Origin: Bugula neritina
Taxonomy: Eukaryota; Animalia; Bryozoa
DNA: 64,000 nt
Reading direction: 5' to 3'
NCBI GenBank assembly: GCA_964035545.1
Contig: OZ037772.1
Location: forward strand, 62,001 to 126,000
Shown: positions 1 to 45,788 of the stretch, piece after piece
Numbering within the stretch: position 1 is the stretch's first letter
How the letters are laid out: the number at the start of each line of letters is the position of its first letter
Made by a program: the position numbers and the translations under genes
Notes under the pieces: generated by a model
What the model saw: only the letters and a program-made list of their open reading frames with translations
The model's database searches: none
Told to the model about the DNA's origin: nothing

Positions 1-3000
1 CATTTATATACTAGTAACATTATATTACTACATTTATATACTAGTAACATTATATTACTACATTTATATATTAGTAACATTATATTACTACATTTATATA
101 CTAATAACATTATATTACTACATTTATATACTAATAACATTATATTACTACATTTATATACTAGTAACATTATATTACTACATTTATATACTAGTAACAT
201 TATATTACTACATTTATATACTAATAACGTTATATTACTACATTTATATACTAGTAACATTATATTACTACATTTATATACTAGTAACATTATATTACTA
301 CATTTATATACTAATAACATTATATTACTACATTTATATACTAATAACATTATATTACTACATTTATATACTAATAACATTATATTACTACATTTATATA
401 CTAGTAACATTATATTACTACATTTATATACTAGTAACATTATATTACTACATTTATATACTAGTAACATTATATTACTACATTTATATACTAGTAACAT
501 TATATTACTACATTTATATACTAATAACATTATATTACTACATTTATATACTAATAACATTATATTACTACATTTATATACTAGTAACATTATATTACTA
601 CATTTATATACTAGTAACATTATATTACTACATTTATATACTAGTAACATTATATTACTACATTTATATACTAGTAACATTATATTACTACATTTATATA
701 CTAGTAACATTATATTACTACATTTATATACTAGTAACATTATATTACTACATTTATATACTAATAACATTATATTACTACATTTATATACTAATAACAT
801 TATATTACTACATTTATATACTAATAGCGTTATATTACTACATTTATATACTAATAACATTATATTACTACATTTATATACTAGTAACATTATATTACTA
901 CATTTATATACTAGTAACATTATATTACTACATTTATATACTAGTAACATTATATTACTACATTTATATACTAATAACATTATATTACTACATTTATATA
1001 CTAATAACATTATATTACTACATTTATATACTAATAACATTATATTACTACATTTATATACTAGTAACATTATATTACTACATTTATATACTAATAACAT
1101 TATATTACTACATTTATATACTAGTAACATTATATTACTACATATATATACTAGTAACATTATATTACTACATTTATATACTAATAACATTATATTACTA
1201 CATTTATATACTAATAACATTATATTACTACATTTATATACTAGTAACATTATATTACTACATTTATATACAAATAACATTATATTACTACATTTATATA
1301 CTAATAACATTATATTACTACATTTATATACTAGTAACATTATATTACTACATTTATATACTAATAACATTATATTACTACATTTATATACTAATAACAT
1401 TATATTACTACATATATATACTAATAACATTATATTACTACATTTATATACTAGTAACATTATATTACTACATTTATATACTAATAACATTATATTACTA
1501 CATTTATATACTAGTAACATTATATTACTACATTTATATACTAGTAACATTATATTACTACATTTATATACTAATAACATTATATTACTACATTTATATA
1601 CTAATAACATTATATTACTACATTTATATACTAGTAACATTATATTACTACATTTATATACTAATAGCATTATATTACTACATTTATATACTAGTAACAT
1701 TATATTACTACATTTATATACTAATAACATTACATTACTACATTTACATACTAATAACATTACATTACTACATTTATATACTAATAGCATTATATTACTA
1801 CATTTATATACTAATAGCATTATATTACTACATTTATATACTAATAGCATTATATTACTACATTTATATACTAATAACATTATATTACTACATTTATATA
1901 CTAATAACATTATATTACTACATTTATATACTAATAACATTATATTACTACATTTATATACTAATAACATTATATTACTACATTTATATACTAGTAACAT
2001 TATATTACTACATTTATATACTAGTAACATTATATTACTACATTTACATACTAGTAACATTATATTACTACATTTATATACTAGTAACATTATATTACTA
2101 CATTTATATACTAGTAACATTATATTACTACATTTATATACTAATAACGTTATATTACTACATTTATATACTAATAACATTATATTACTACATTTATATA
2201 CTAGTAACATTATATTACTACATTTATATACTAGTAGCATTATATTACTACATATATATACTAGTAACATTATATTACTACATTTATATACTAGTAACAT
2301 TATATTACTACATTTATATACTAGTAACATTATATTACTACATTTATATACTAATAACATTATATTACTACATTTATATACTAATAACATTATATTACTA
2401 CATTTATATACTAATAACATTATATTACTACATTTATATACTAATAACATTATATTACTACATTTATATACTAATAACATTATATTACTACATTTATATA
2501 CTAATAACATTATATTACTACATTTATATACTAGTAACATTATATTACTACATTTATATACTAATAACATTATATTACCACATTTATATACTAGTAACAT
2601 TATATTACTACATTTATATACTAGTAACATTATATTACTACATTTATATACTAATAGCATTATATTACTACATTTATATACTAGTAACATTATATTACTA
2701 CATTTATATACTAGTAACGTTATATTACTACATTTATATACTAATAACATTATATTACTACATTTATATACTAGTAACATTATATTACTACATTTATATA
2801 CTAGTAACATTATATTACTACATTTATATACTAATAACATTATATTACTACATTTATATACTAGTAACATTATATTACTACATTTATATATTAGTAACAT
2901 TATATTACTACATTTACATACTAGTAACATTATATTACTACATTTATATACTAATAGCATTATATTACTACATTTATATACTAGTAACATTATATTACTA

Positions 3001-3402
3001 CATTTATATACTAGTAACATTATATTACTACATTTATATACTAGTAACATTATATTACTACATTTATATACTAATAACGTTATATTACTACATTTATATA
3101 CTAATAACATTATATTACTACATTTATATACTAATAGCATTATATTACTACATTTATATACTAATAACATTATATTACTACATTTATATACCAATAACAT
3201 TATATTACTACATTTATATACTAATAACATTATATTACCACATTTATATACTAGTAACATTATATTACTACATTTATATACTAATAACATTATATTACTA
3301 CATTTATATACTAGTAACATTATATTACTACATTTATATACTAATAACATTATATTACTACATTTATATACTAGTAACATTATATTACTACATTTATATA
3401 CA
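1..3402. repeat. 30-bp minisatellite (about 113 copies, truncated by window edge), GAPVD1 intron
   Basis: Unit CATTTATATACTARTAACATTATATTACTA. Confidence 0.97.
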
Positions 3403-3577
3403 AATAGATTCACTGGACACATTAATTACTATATTGCATGCCAATATTACACTATATGTATATCACTATATTACACACATATATTACTACATTAAACATA
3501 TATATTACCTTATCACATACACATATTACTATATTACACATGTGCTACTATACTAGAATACAATAAGAGAGGCAAAC

Positions 3578-35675
<32,098 letters not shown>

Positions 35676-36585
35676 GTTGAGAGGTCAATGCCCTTATTAC
35701 AGTGATCTCTTCATCACAGAACAAGAGATGTTGTGCCAATCAACCAAGTCTAATGTACCCAATGCAGTGTGACCACTAAAAAAAGACAAAATAAATATAA
35801 GACTCAGCTGTAAAAGTCTAACCACAAAGCAGATGCAACTTACAGCTAAACCTTAATGAGGTCAATATAGAAACTTTTAGTTACAGCATTATTTATTCTT
35901 ATTATTTTTTATTCTTATTATTTTTTTATTCTTATTATTTATTCTTATTATTATTTATTCTTATTATTCATTCTTATTATTTATTACACGAATATACTTG
36001 ACATTCTTAATTTATCAATAATAGAAATACCTAACTAAATGAATTTAACAGAGTTATTCCTAGTGCATGATTCTCAAGAAATTAGTATTCAGGAAGTACA
36101 AACTAACAATAGTCATAGTGAGTAACTCACAGTCAGTGTGCAAATCTGGCTCACACTATTACTAACTACATTAAAAGTAGCAGTAAATCAGATAAACAAG
36201 TAAATTTAATCTTAAGGTAATCGTTAATTACAACTCAAATCTGTTTGTTAAGTCCTACTATTGAGTGATTAATTTGATATGATTATTTGATATTGATAGA
36301 GTTGGACTACTTTGAGGCATAAGTTCAATTCTCTATTTTAATTTTGTCCCAACATCTAAGCCTCAACAGCCACAGTGACTGTTTGAGTCAAAGAGAAACT
36401 CAAATGGCACTACTCTATACAAGTGAAGTTGAATGCCTGACTCAAATATGCTAACACTGTCAGTATGTCTATTGCTATACTAATAATAACTGTAACTAGT
36501 GCAATACAGCGCTAATAATAATATACTATACATATTAGCATCACTAACATTAACCCTAAGACTATTGGTATTATACTAGTATGAT

Positions 36586-37026
36586 CGGTTTCATCCCAGA
36601 TAGACCCTAGGCTAAATTCCCCACTTAGACGCTTCCCAGTTAGAGGCTATTTTTATTTCTGTACCATTACATGTAATAATATACCTATAATATACACCTA
36701 TATAAATGTTGCATTGATTGCTAAATAGCTATAGCTAATAGCTATAGTAGCTAATATAAATCATCTGGGATAATATTCCAACTTCCTCTAAAAGATACTT
36801 ATTAACAAAACATCTTTTCACACAACAAGTTTAGAAAATGAAAAATTAATAAGTAAATGCAGATTAAAGGAATTTATTTATGTACTAAATAACAAGCAGT
36901 TGATTCCAGGTTATTTCAATATACCTATATTTCAAAAATATTCAAATAAATTGCACATAGAATATATATTGCACCAAAATAAATAAATAGCTTCTAACTG
37001 GGAAGCATCCATGTGGGATGACACTG
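36586..37026. mobile_element. Degenerate MITE-like inverted-repeat element (possibly Tc1/pogo-like)
   Basis: CCCAC....GCTTCCCAGTTAGAGGCTATTT (about 36620-36652) is inverted with AAATAGCTTCTAACTGGGAAGC....GTGGG (about 36985-37017). Outer ends are CGGTTTCATCCCA / TGGGATGACACTG, followed by TA. Confidence 0.5.
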
Positions 37027-38432
37027 TATGATCAGTATTGCTGCTGTTATTAGATCAGCCTGACTCTTACTCTTAGGAAGAGTCAGCGACCTCCAATACA
37101 TTTATTCTAATTCCTGTGTGTTTTATTCTAATTTCAAATTTATATAAAGGGATTTAAATATTATTTGATGGAAGACTAAATTTTATTCTTTGTGATTCTG
37201 CTTGTATGCAACTTTTTTGCATTATTTACTCAGATAATAATTCATTATATAACAACTTGTATTAAAATGATATTATTATTATATTACCGATACCAAAGTA
37301 ATGTATTTCAATCTGTATAGCATTACTAATACCATTAGAGTAAATGCAAAACTAATCCAATTGGTATAACAGTATAAGTATTAGTATTGCTACTAGTATG
37401 AGTAAAAAGAAGGGTAGTTATACTTATAGTACTAATACTCTAATACTAATACTTAAGTTAGTGGGTAGTTAAACTTCAACTTTCCCTTTTAGTTGAACGC
37501 TTACTTAGTTTTAAGCCAAGTACTACTACTTGAACTAGTAATAGTAGTAGTATATTAGGTCTAGTACTACTACTAGTGTACTACTACTAGTGTGCTAATA
37601 CTAGTGCATTACTACTACAACTAGTAATGTACTACTACTAGTGTACTACTAGTATTACCACTGCCACCACCACTACTAATTCTACTACTACTAGTACTAG
37701 TAGAAGTAGCATTACTTCAAGTTTAGCGACGAAAGGGTGGGAAGCAATCACAATGTGAATTTGAATTTTTGTCACTCTATTAGGTTTATAAATCGTAGGA
37801 CTAAATTGATAACACTAATAACTAAGAAGTAATAACATCATATTATTAGTGACAGCGATTAGGAATTTTTATTAATAATAAATTATCATTTATGATTGTG
37901 GGAATCACTCACCGACTGAATCATAATCATTATTGACTAATGTCAGTGAGGTATTACTGATAGTATTATTATTACTGATGAGTATTACAGTATTAGTATA
38001 CTATTGCCTTTGGTAGTACAACTTCATTTATGATTTACTGTTAGTGAAACTATAACTATAAGTCAATCACTATCACTCAATTACTGAATCAGTGTATCAC
38101 AATAAATAAATGTATAATTAATAATTGTCAAACTTATTAATAATATCATTGCTTCAAACTTGATCATCACTTAACTTCATTTTCATAAGCTACCTAATTC
38201 TATAGTCTTAGACGTATAGCAATTGATATATCTGATCAATGTTCTCTACAAATTGACATAGTAATAGTTTGGCAACAGTAGGCGTTCTTCAACATCTACT
38301 AAATGTGTACAAAATTGGCATCCGGTTATGCGCGGTGAATTTACATCTTAGAGACAACGAGCAGACAACTTCACCTAGATTCGCCCAGCAGTCAGTGTAC
38401 TGCAGGAAAAATGGAACTTGCATTCTATAGAG

Positions 38433-38704
38433 CAGGGATGATCAACCTTACAGAGCAAAAGCCACCTATTAGGATTTCGCCTGAGCCCACAGCATTGTTC
38501 AAATTACTTTGTTGTAAATTTCTGTGAATCATTACACCATAAGTTATAACATCTACTGCAGGCTGCATGTTTTGAAACACTATAAAAACAAGACATCTAC
38601 AGGTTGATTTTTCCAATGATTCATGACTGTGAAATGAATTCAATTGCTATGCCTTTGAGGGTCACATTACTGTAGACTGGGGGCCCACCTGTTGCACAGC
38701 CTTG
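38433..38704. mobile_element. hAT-type MITE (same family as 13295-13738)
   Basis: Ends CAGGGATGATCAACC / GTTGCACAGCCTTG. Flanks CTATAGAG (38425-32) and TCATAGAG (38705-12) give a 6/8 TSD match. Confidence 0.7.
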
Positions 38705-38856
38705 TCATAGAGAGTAATACTAGGGGATTATTAATTTTAACCTAAATATTAATGCTATTGTCTACTAATTAGATTTATGCAAAAAAACAAAACACGTTAT
38801 GTAGTACACAGTTTATTGACTCAAAAGCATTGCTCATACAGAAAGAGTTGAATAAA

Positions 38857-41240
38857 TTATTTCTTTTTCGATACACCAACAGTTCTCCCCCTACGTCCAG
38901 TGGTCTTTGTGTGCTGTCCACGGACTCGCAGGCCCCAGTAGTGACGGAGACCTCTGTGTAGTCTGATCTTCTTCATTCTCTCCATGTCTTCTCTCATCTT
39001 GTTATCTAGAACGTTGGCTATAACCTGCAACATTGAACTACTGTGAACACAAATGTTACAGGAAAAGACAACTTGTTTAGCTCTAAACCCCTAGCCAAGA
39101 CTTTATTCAAAAGTTTCATGTCCCGCATCGCCTATCGTCTACCTATTATTTTTGCTTGTATCTATGCCAGTGATAAAAAGGCTATCTGAAAGATGTTCAA
39201 AGATTACTCGGAACTTGGCATTGAGTATCAAAACAGTGACTTGCACACTCAGCAAATCACCAAAGAACTTGCTATCAAATATATAATAGACAATGACCAT
39301 TTTATCAATAACTTTCTGAGTCAATGCCCCTCTGGAAGATATCGAGCCATCAAATATAGAGGGTCATGAAGCAGAGATAGCTTCTAACGACATCTTGTAT
39401 ATACTTTAAATCAGCTTCTATTTTAAATAATCTACCAGAGTTGTGACTATGTTTCTTTCAATTTTGTTTATGCCTACTTATGTTATAGCCAGCATTCACA
39501 CTGAATTTCACAAAGTGGTGTCATGTCTGTGATATGCAATAAATCAATCAATTAACTTAGCATGAAACTGCAGCATATTTATCTAGTAAGATATTATTTT
39601 CAGAGAAGCTAAAAAGTCTGAAATAAATTCCTAAAAACAATTGTTATAAGTACTGATTACTAAATTAAAAGATCAACCAAATATAAATAAATTTTTATGC
39701 AACTTTCAATAGCAATGTGTTCATAAAAGATATTATAGGACTCAATGACTGCACAGCATCTGAAAATTCTACCTATTGTTACACAAACATCTACTAATTC
39801 CAGCTCACGGAATTTAACTTGCATTACTAAAACTTGAGGCTCTGAAGTTAGAATTTAATGAATATTATGACTATATGACTATGTAGCTACAAACACACTG
39901 CACACAGTAACCAACACACTGCACACAGTAACTAACACACTATGCCCAGTCGCACACACATCAACATGAGATGCTAACCTGTGATGTTTTACCATCTTTG
40001 ATGTCTCTCTGTCTGTTGAGGAACCAGTCGGGGATCTTGTACTGTCGGGGGTTAGACATCACTGTGATAACCTGCTGCACCTGTGAATATATATTATAAA
40101 TAAATGTAATATACAATATCACAAAGATATATAAGTACAGAGTTGACCATTCCAGTCTCACAAATGCTGCCACAAATGCCAGCACATTTTGTATGACCTT
40201 TGATCTTACACCTGACAAATAAACCTGGTTCAGGTGCTCAGCAGGCTGAAGGAAGACACACAGAGGAAAACAGGCAACAGTCTAGCCGACAGCAGAATAT
40301 GTCAAGTAACAATAGACAGCAGGTGTAAGTTAGTCTCAAACATTTGCAAGTCAATTAATTTTCCTTTGTATAAAAATATAATAACTTTAGGTTATCAAGT
40401 GACTCAACTCAGCAGTAAGAATGCTCACCAGTTGCGGTACTTAGATTAGTTGATTAGGGACTGACCTCCTCCTCTGACAGCTCTCCTGCTCGCTTTCTGA
40501 TGTCAATATCGGCTTTTCGGAGCACAGCGTAGGCATATCGCCGTCCAATTCCTTTAATAGATGTTAAAGCATACAAGATGCATATGTTTCCATCGATATT
40601 GGTGTTGAAAATACGCAAAATATGCTGAAACTTTTCTGGTAGTAGCAGCGCCTAAAGTAAATTATTATAAATATAATTATCATGTTGCAGTTGTCATAAA
40701 AGCTATCAAATATCAATTCAATGTAATCAAAGCATAAACTGAAATTATAACTTGGTAACGCAAACTGTCTACCAGGCTGAGGTTGCTAGTTTGGCTAAAG
40801 TAAAACTAAAGTCTAAAGACTAAAAGTAAGAGGCAACACTCGACAGTAAAACTAAAAGTATTACTGTTATATTTATTAGCTTTAAGTAAAAAGTTTAGTT
40901 CTACCGTCAGCGTCACAATTTACAAATACAACTACTCAGTTAAACTTGGGAGTGTACATTAATCAATATCAATATCATGATGGCTAAAATTATTTATTGT
41001 GTTGGTATAATAATAATGTGTAAATATATTTTTTACCAATACATAATGATAATCCGACGCCTGAGGTCATATTCAGTTAAATTTATGTTAAATATCATCA
41101 CTATAGGCTATCTAAGGCAATGAGTAAATGTAAAAAAAACCTTTACAAACAAATATACCCGTTCATTGGGTAAATTTTAGATGTGTGGATAGAGATGTGA
41201 ACAGATAAAATATGGCATAAACTCTGAAGTAACTCACCAT
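38857..41240 (-). CDS. RPS18: 40S ribosomal protein S18 (uS13), 152 aa, 4 exons
   Basis: Exons 41240-41238 (ATG only), 40651-40466, 40080-39979, 39024-38857 (TAA). Translation: [22 protein letters not shown]...KGIGRRYA...KRAGEL...[22 protein letters not shown]...[39 protein letters not shown] on the minus strand at 38817-38812. Confidence 0.98.
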
Positions 41241-41255
41241 GACGCGTATTGTGTT

Positions 41256-41264
41256 AAAGAGGAA
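41256..41264 (-). promoter_or_regulatory. TCT/5'TOP polypyrimidine initiator of RPS18
   Basis: TTCCTCTTT on the minus strand, 15 nt upstream of the RPS18 ATG, as is typical of ribosomal protein genes. An ETS-type ACTTCCTG lies at 41346-41353. Confidence 0.75.
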
Positions 41265-43139
41265 CCAGAGGCTGATTACGGTCATGCGCATCACATTTTG
41301 TTTATATCAATAGCACCAAACCGAAACTGAAGTTTTTCAGCAAGCACTTCCTGTTTAGACTTGACGGTGGAATTTACCCCCAGGTTAAAGTTTCAGTTCG
41401 GTGGGTCAAGTTTTTACCCATTGAACTGAAAACTTATAGAACTTTTCAGTTCGGTGTTTTTACCAGTCCAACGATTATTAGATTAGAATCAATTATATGC
41501 TGATCACTCACAGTCACATTGTAATTGTCAGACTCAGTTTAACTGCGAGTGTCCCTGGGGCTGCCAGTGTCACACTCACAGTGGGCGCGGCCGTCGTAGT
41601 GAGACTCAGACTCAGACTGAGATTCATTTCTTGCAGTTAGTTTTACTAACTCGAATTTCGATTTGGTGACTTAGGGTGTGTTAAACTTAAGACTGATAAT
41701 ATTAGTACTAGTATCTGTAAGTAATGGTATGGCCGCATTATTGTTACTATACGTATTACTATTACTTTTACAGTAAAACTTTTACTTTTAGTATCACAAT
41801 TTTAATTTACAAAATGAATATTAATATATCAATATGTAATACTAATAATAATTCGATTTAGATTTACCACCACTATCAGTATCAGTACACTTTTGCTATC
41901 AGTATAATAATAATAATCATGACAGACAGACAATGGTAATGATAATATTAATTATAATGATAACCATGTTTGACTATCACCATAGGTTGACTTTGTTAAT
42001 TTATCATATCAACTATTACTATAACTTGAAGCTTAGCATAACTAACATTTAATATGATAATAATTTAAAGCATCGCTATGTGTGCCATCAAATTCAATTG
42101 GACCACTTTAGAGTTATGCTATTCAATTTAAATATCAAAGTACTTTATCACTAGTTAGTTAATTATCACAATGACTAGTAATCGCTTCTTGTAATTGTAA
42201 GAATAAACTTTATTTCAAAGTTTATTAACACTTGAATTTCAAAAGGAATAAACTTGATGCGATAGTGGATCAGAGTTTACTATAACCAAGCATTGTTCAG
42301 GCTTTCTCTAACTAAAAGCATAGCTGCCGCAATTTCATCATCAGCCACTGGAAAATAGAGTAACAGTCAACATGACTGAATTATAAATATCCATATTTAT
42401 ATAATGATTATCAAAGTAGTTGTATGAGTTGCATATAAAAAAATGTACATGGCGTAGGATTAAATATGGGTTCATCACACTCAAACTACTGGAAAGTAGA
42501 AAATAAAATTTATTGACTCACAGGATTGTTGACTCTCCTTTGACATGATAGATGAGGATTGAACTGTGCAACTTAGCAGTTTTGTGTTCTTCAAGCTGCT
42601 AAGTTATAGGCTATTTGCATTGATATCGGTAAAGAAATAAATAAATGATTTTTTATGAAAGGTTATTGATTAAGATGAATAAAACGTGCTGATTTTGATA
42701 AGGTTGTGTTTATAGTTTTTGGTTTGACAAACAAGCAGCACCTAATGTTGCAGATGGCTGGTAAAACCGGCGCTATTTGAGAAACTGCAAATCTACAATC
42801 ACTTTCTGCAGTTACAGGCTAGAGTTACAAGCTATAACATTCAAACAATTAGAAATTGATATTTGAAAACTGTAGTAGAAATTTGTGCATGGAATAACTG
42901 TTGAGGGGAATACGGTGGAAACACTAGAGCCTCTGTTAGACAGCTGCAGCTGTGAGCTCAGCATGGTGTAGCTATTCAATGCAACTGACTGTTTGTGTAC
43001 CAGTGTCAACACTAAACTTTTGTTAACGTAATTTTTATGTCATTTTGCATGGCTTGTTGTTGATGATCAGTCCTTGGTTGGGAAACCTTCACAGATGTAG
43101 TGTAAAATATTATGCTCAGAGTATGTGTATCTTTTACAG

Positions 43140-44151
43140 GATTTTCTTATCAAATAACCATGATGGCAGAATCCAGAGTCGTGGAAAAAAAGACTCAACA
43201 ATTCGTATCGCTGTGGGTACTGCTCGCAGTACTTCAACAAACTTGAAGATCCCAGAACTCTGCCCTGTCTGCATGTGTACTGCATGAGATGTTTGAAGAC
43301 TGACATTGGTGGTAGGAAGGATCATATCAGATGTGCTTATTGTAGGTGAGTTACAGTACATAATGTATTATATCATGACTTAGATTTCTTTTCTCACCCC
43401 TATAATATAGGAGTTGTCTAATCTGTATCTTTGAAGAGCCAACAATAACGGGCTTTCCATGTACCGATCTCAGATCGATCTCGCTGAGATCGATCTGAGA
43501 TCGGTCCATGGAAAGCCGGTGATTGTTTTATGTAGATTATGTAACATATCTCATATTATGTAATATATGGTATATTATGTAATATATCTTATATTATGTA
43601 ATATATGGTATGTTATGTAATATATCTTATATTATGTAATATATGGTATGTTATGTAATATATCTTATATTATGTAATTATTTATAATTATATTTGCAGA
43701 GCACTGAGTTTTTATGTTGAGTTTCTCCATGTTGTCATTTATTATGAAGTGAACAGTAGAGCAGCTCAGTGAATAATTCAATACTTACTGGTAGAACTTT
43801 ATTATCTTCAACATAATCTGCTTAGTTCCATGTTTAAAGAAATTCTTTCTGAGTGAGAAATATATTTGAAATTTATTGTATTAATATCGAATATATTTTA
43901 GTTACTATATTATACTAGAAAGTAGAAAGTTGCTTGTAGTGGTGTCAGCTGTTGTGATGTTACTGTAGTCTGTCTGTTTGTCTCAAACTGATTCAATCTG
44001 ACATTATATTTTTAAAGGTGAACTGATGGTAACGATTCCCAGAGAAAGTCTTGGTGTGAGTGACTTGGTGTGGGACATTGCTGTGTATAACAGAGACACA
44101 GTGTTTCTAGCATGTGAAGATGGTATGAGGAAATACACAATAAAATACTAA
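43140..44151 (+). pseudogene. Truncated TRIM-like paralog: C3HC4 RING exon (43140-43345) plus terminal beta-propeller exon (44018-44151); frameshifted, middle exons missing
   Basis: The RING frame reads YRCGYCSQYFNKLEDPRTLPCLHVYCMRCLKTDIGGRKDHIRCAYCR|GTGAGT. The ATG at 43160 is out of frame with the RING because of an A7 run at 43185-43191 (A6 would give MMAESRVVEKRLNNSYRCGYC). Exon 44018-44151 (GELMVTIPRESLGVSDLVWDIAVYNRDTVFLACEDGMRKYTIKY*) is paralogous to minus-strand exon 59758-59622. Confidence 0.75.
43441..43527. repeat. Near-perfect 87-bp palindrome (42-bp arms, 3-nt loop)
   Basis: AACAATAACGGGCTTTCCATGTACCGATCTCAGATCGATCTC-gct-GAGATCGATCTGAGATCGGTCCATGGAAAGCCGGTGATTGTT, with 3 mismatches. 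Confidence 0.9.
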
Positions 44152-45788
44152 ACTTATCAGCTACAGTTTACTAATAATCAGCTCAGTGAGGTCATCAATA
44201 CACACCCATAGTACATGTCAAATATAATATATTGTGTTCTACTCACAGTATAATATTATATATTCCACAGGACTTACACTGCTTATATGCAGTATTTGAT
44301 GTTGATTAGTAATTATTATGTAACATATTTACTTTGCTATGTTGTCAATACTCTGTTATAGTCACATTTACTCAATAAAGTTTGTTTGTAGAACTTATTG
44401 TTATGACTGGTTTATGACTCATCTACTTACTTAGTCATCATAATTTAAATATTATTTGCTTTTTCATGTCAATAACCCTTCATCATAAAGTAGTTGCTGT
44501 ATATAACTTGTTAGTTCAAATGACCTGTACAGAATAGATCAAATATTCTTGCAGATATGCATATTTTGTAAGTGTTGTATATGAAAAGATTCACTGCAGT
44601 AACTTCTCAGCAAGGTTCTCCTGTAATAGCCTAATAAAAGCCTCAGAAACTACAAGTCTAAAATTTGTGTGGACAAATGTCCCAGTATGAGAGAGTTGTA
44701 AATTGCTGGTTAAAGACAACTCCAACCCCACCATGCATAAAGTTAAGGGTCTAACTGCATACCAAACTCAGTACTGATGCAAGACAATTCCAATAATTAA
44801 ATTAAGTTCATCTCCTTTCCGAGCTTGATATAATTGCATCTTGCAGCGCCTGCTCCACAATGCCTAGCAACATGTCAACAAATATAATCCAGCCTGTCAC
44901 GTGACTAACATTACGGATGTAAGACAGCATTGCATTGCTAAACTTGGCACACAAGTTACTCCACTGTAAGTTCTCTCTATACCTTGCATCTAATTCACTA
45001 GCATCTATGTTTGTTTATAAAATAATATCTCTAGTCTCAGCCAGCAATTAGCTTGCTTTATTTTTTTTCCATTCAAGAAGCAGAACACTAGATGCATAAA
45101 GAACATTGTATTGAATCACAAGACTGTGAGTCACTAAGTGATTCAGTCTTTAATAAAAGTAATAATATCAATATAAATAATCAACTGTAGCCTATTATAT
45201 TCTATAGGAATATGATAAACCAGAATTGTGTAAAATAATTTACATATAAAAGCCTGGAATATTGTTCATAGTGTGACATGAAACACAAATATAAAAATAG
45301 ATATGCTATGGCCAATACAAAGTCTACCAAATATGCTAGTAACTAGTAACTAGTAACTAGTAACTAAATATGTACTATTAACTATATACAAACAATACAA
45401 TACATTAACCTGCAATACGTTGCACTAATGTCAGTGACTTGTTTTGTGAAAATACATAACACATGAGTTACCTTTGGGCTTAGATTCAATACATTTTTGG
45501 GATTATTGATATCAGCGAGCTGTGCATATAAAAAAATCTAGTCGCAAGAACTTTCTACATTCCAACTAAAATTCTTGCATTATCTATATAATGATCATTA
45601 GCTGGCAGGGTTGCGTCACCCTGAAACTATTGTGCTATCTCACACATGTCCTTGTGTAATTTAAATAGGAGTTATGCTTCACCTAAACAAGTGCATCACA
45701 TGACATAGCACTATCTGTGCCCTTTAAAACACTAGCTGAGTTACAATTAGTAGTAACAGAGACTGGATATCAGCTACCAACTCTCTAG

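Noticed and set aside
37913-38812. Operon or trans-splicing link between RPS18 and GAPVD1 (same strand, close spacing)
   Set aside because: A GTGAGT donor at 37912-37907 and a CpG-containing patch near 38280-38400 suggest GAPVD1 has its own 5' UTR exon and promoter. Nothing in the sequence demonstrates polycistronic transcription.
39121-39132. TCCCGCATCGCC, complementary to a conserved LSU rRNA segment (possible C/D snoRNA guide)
   Set aside because: It lies antisense to the RPS18 host transcript and is not followed by a D/D' box. A 12-nt match can be chance.
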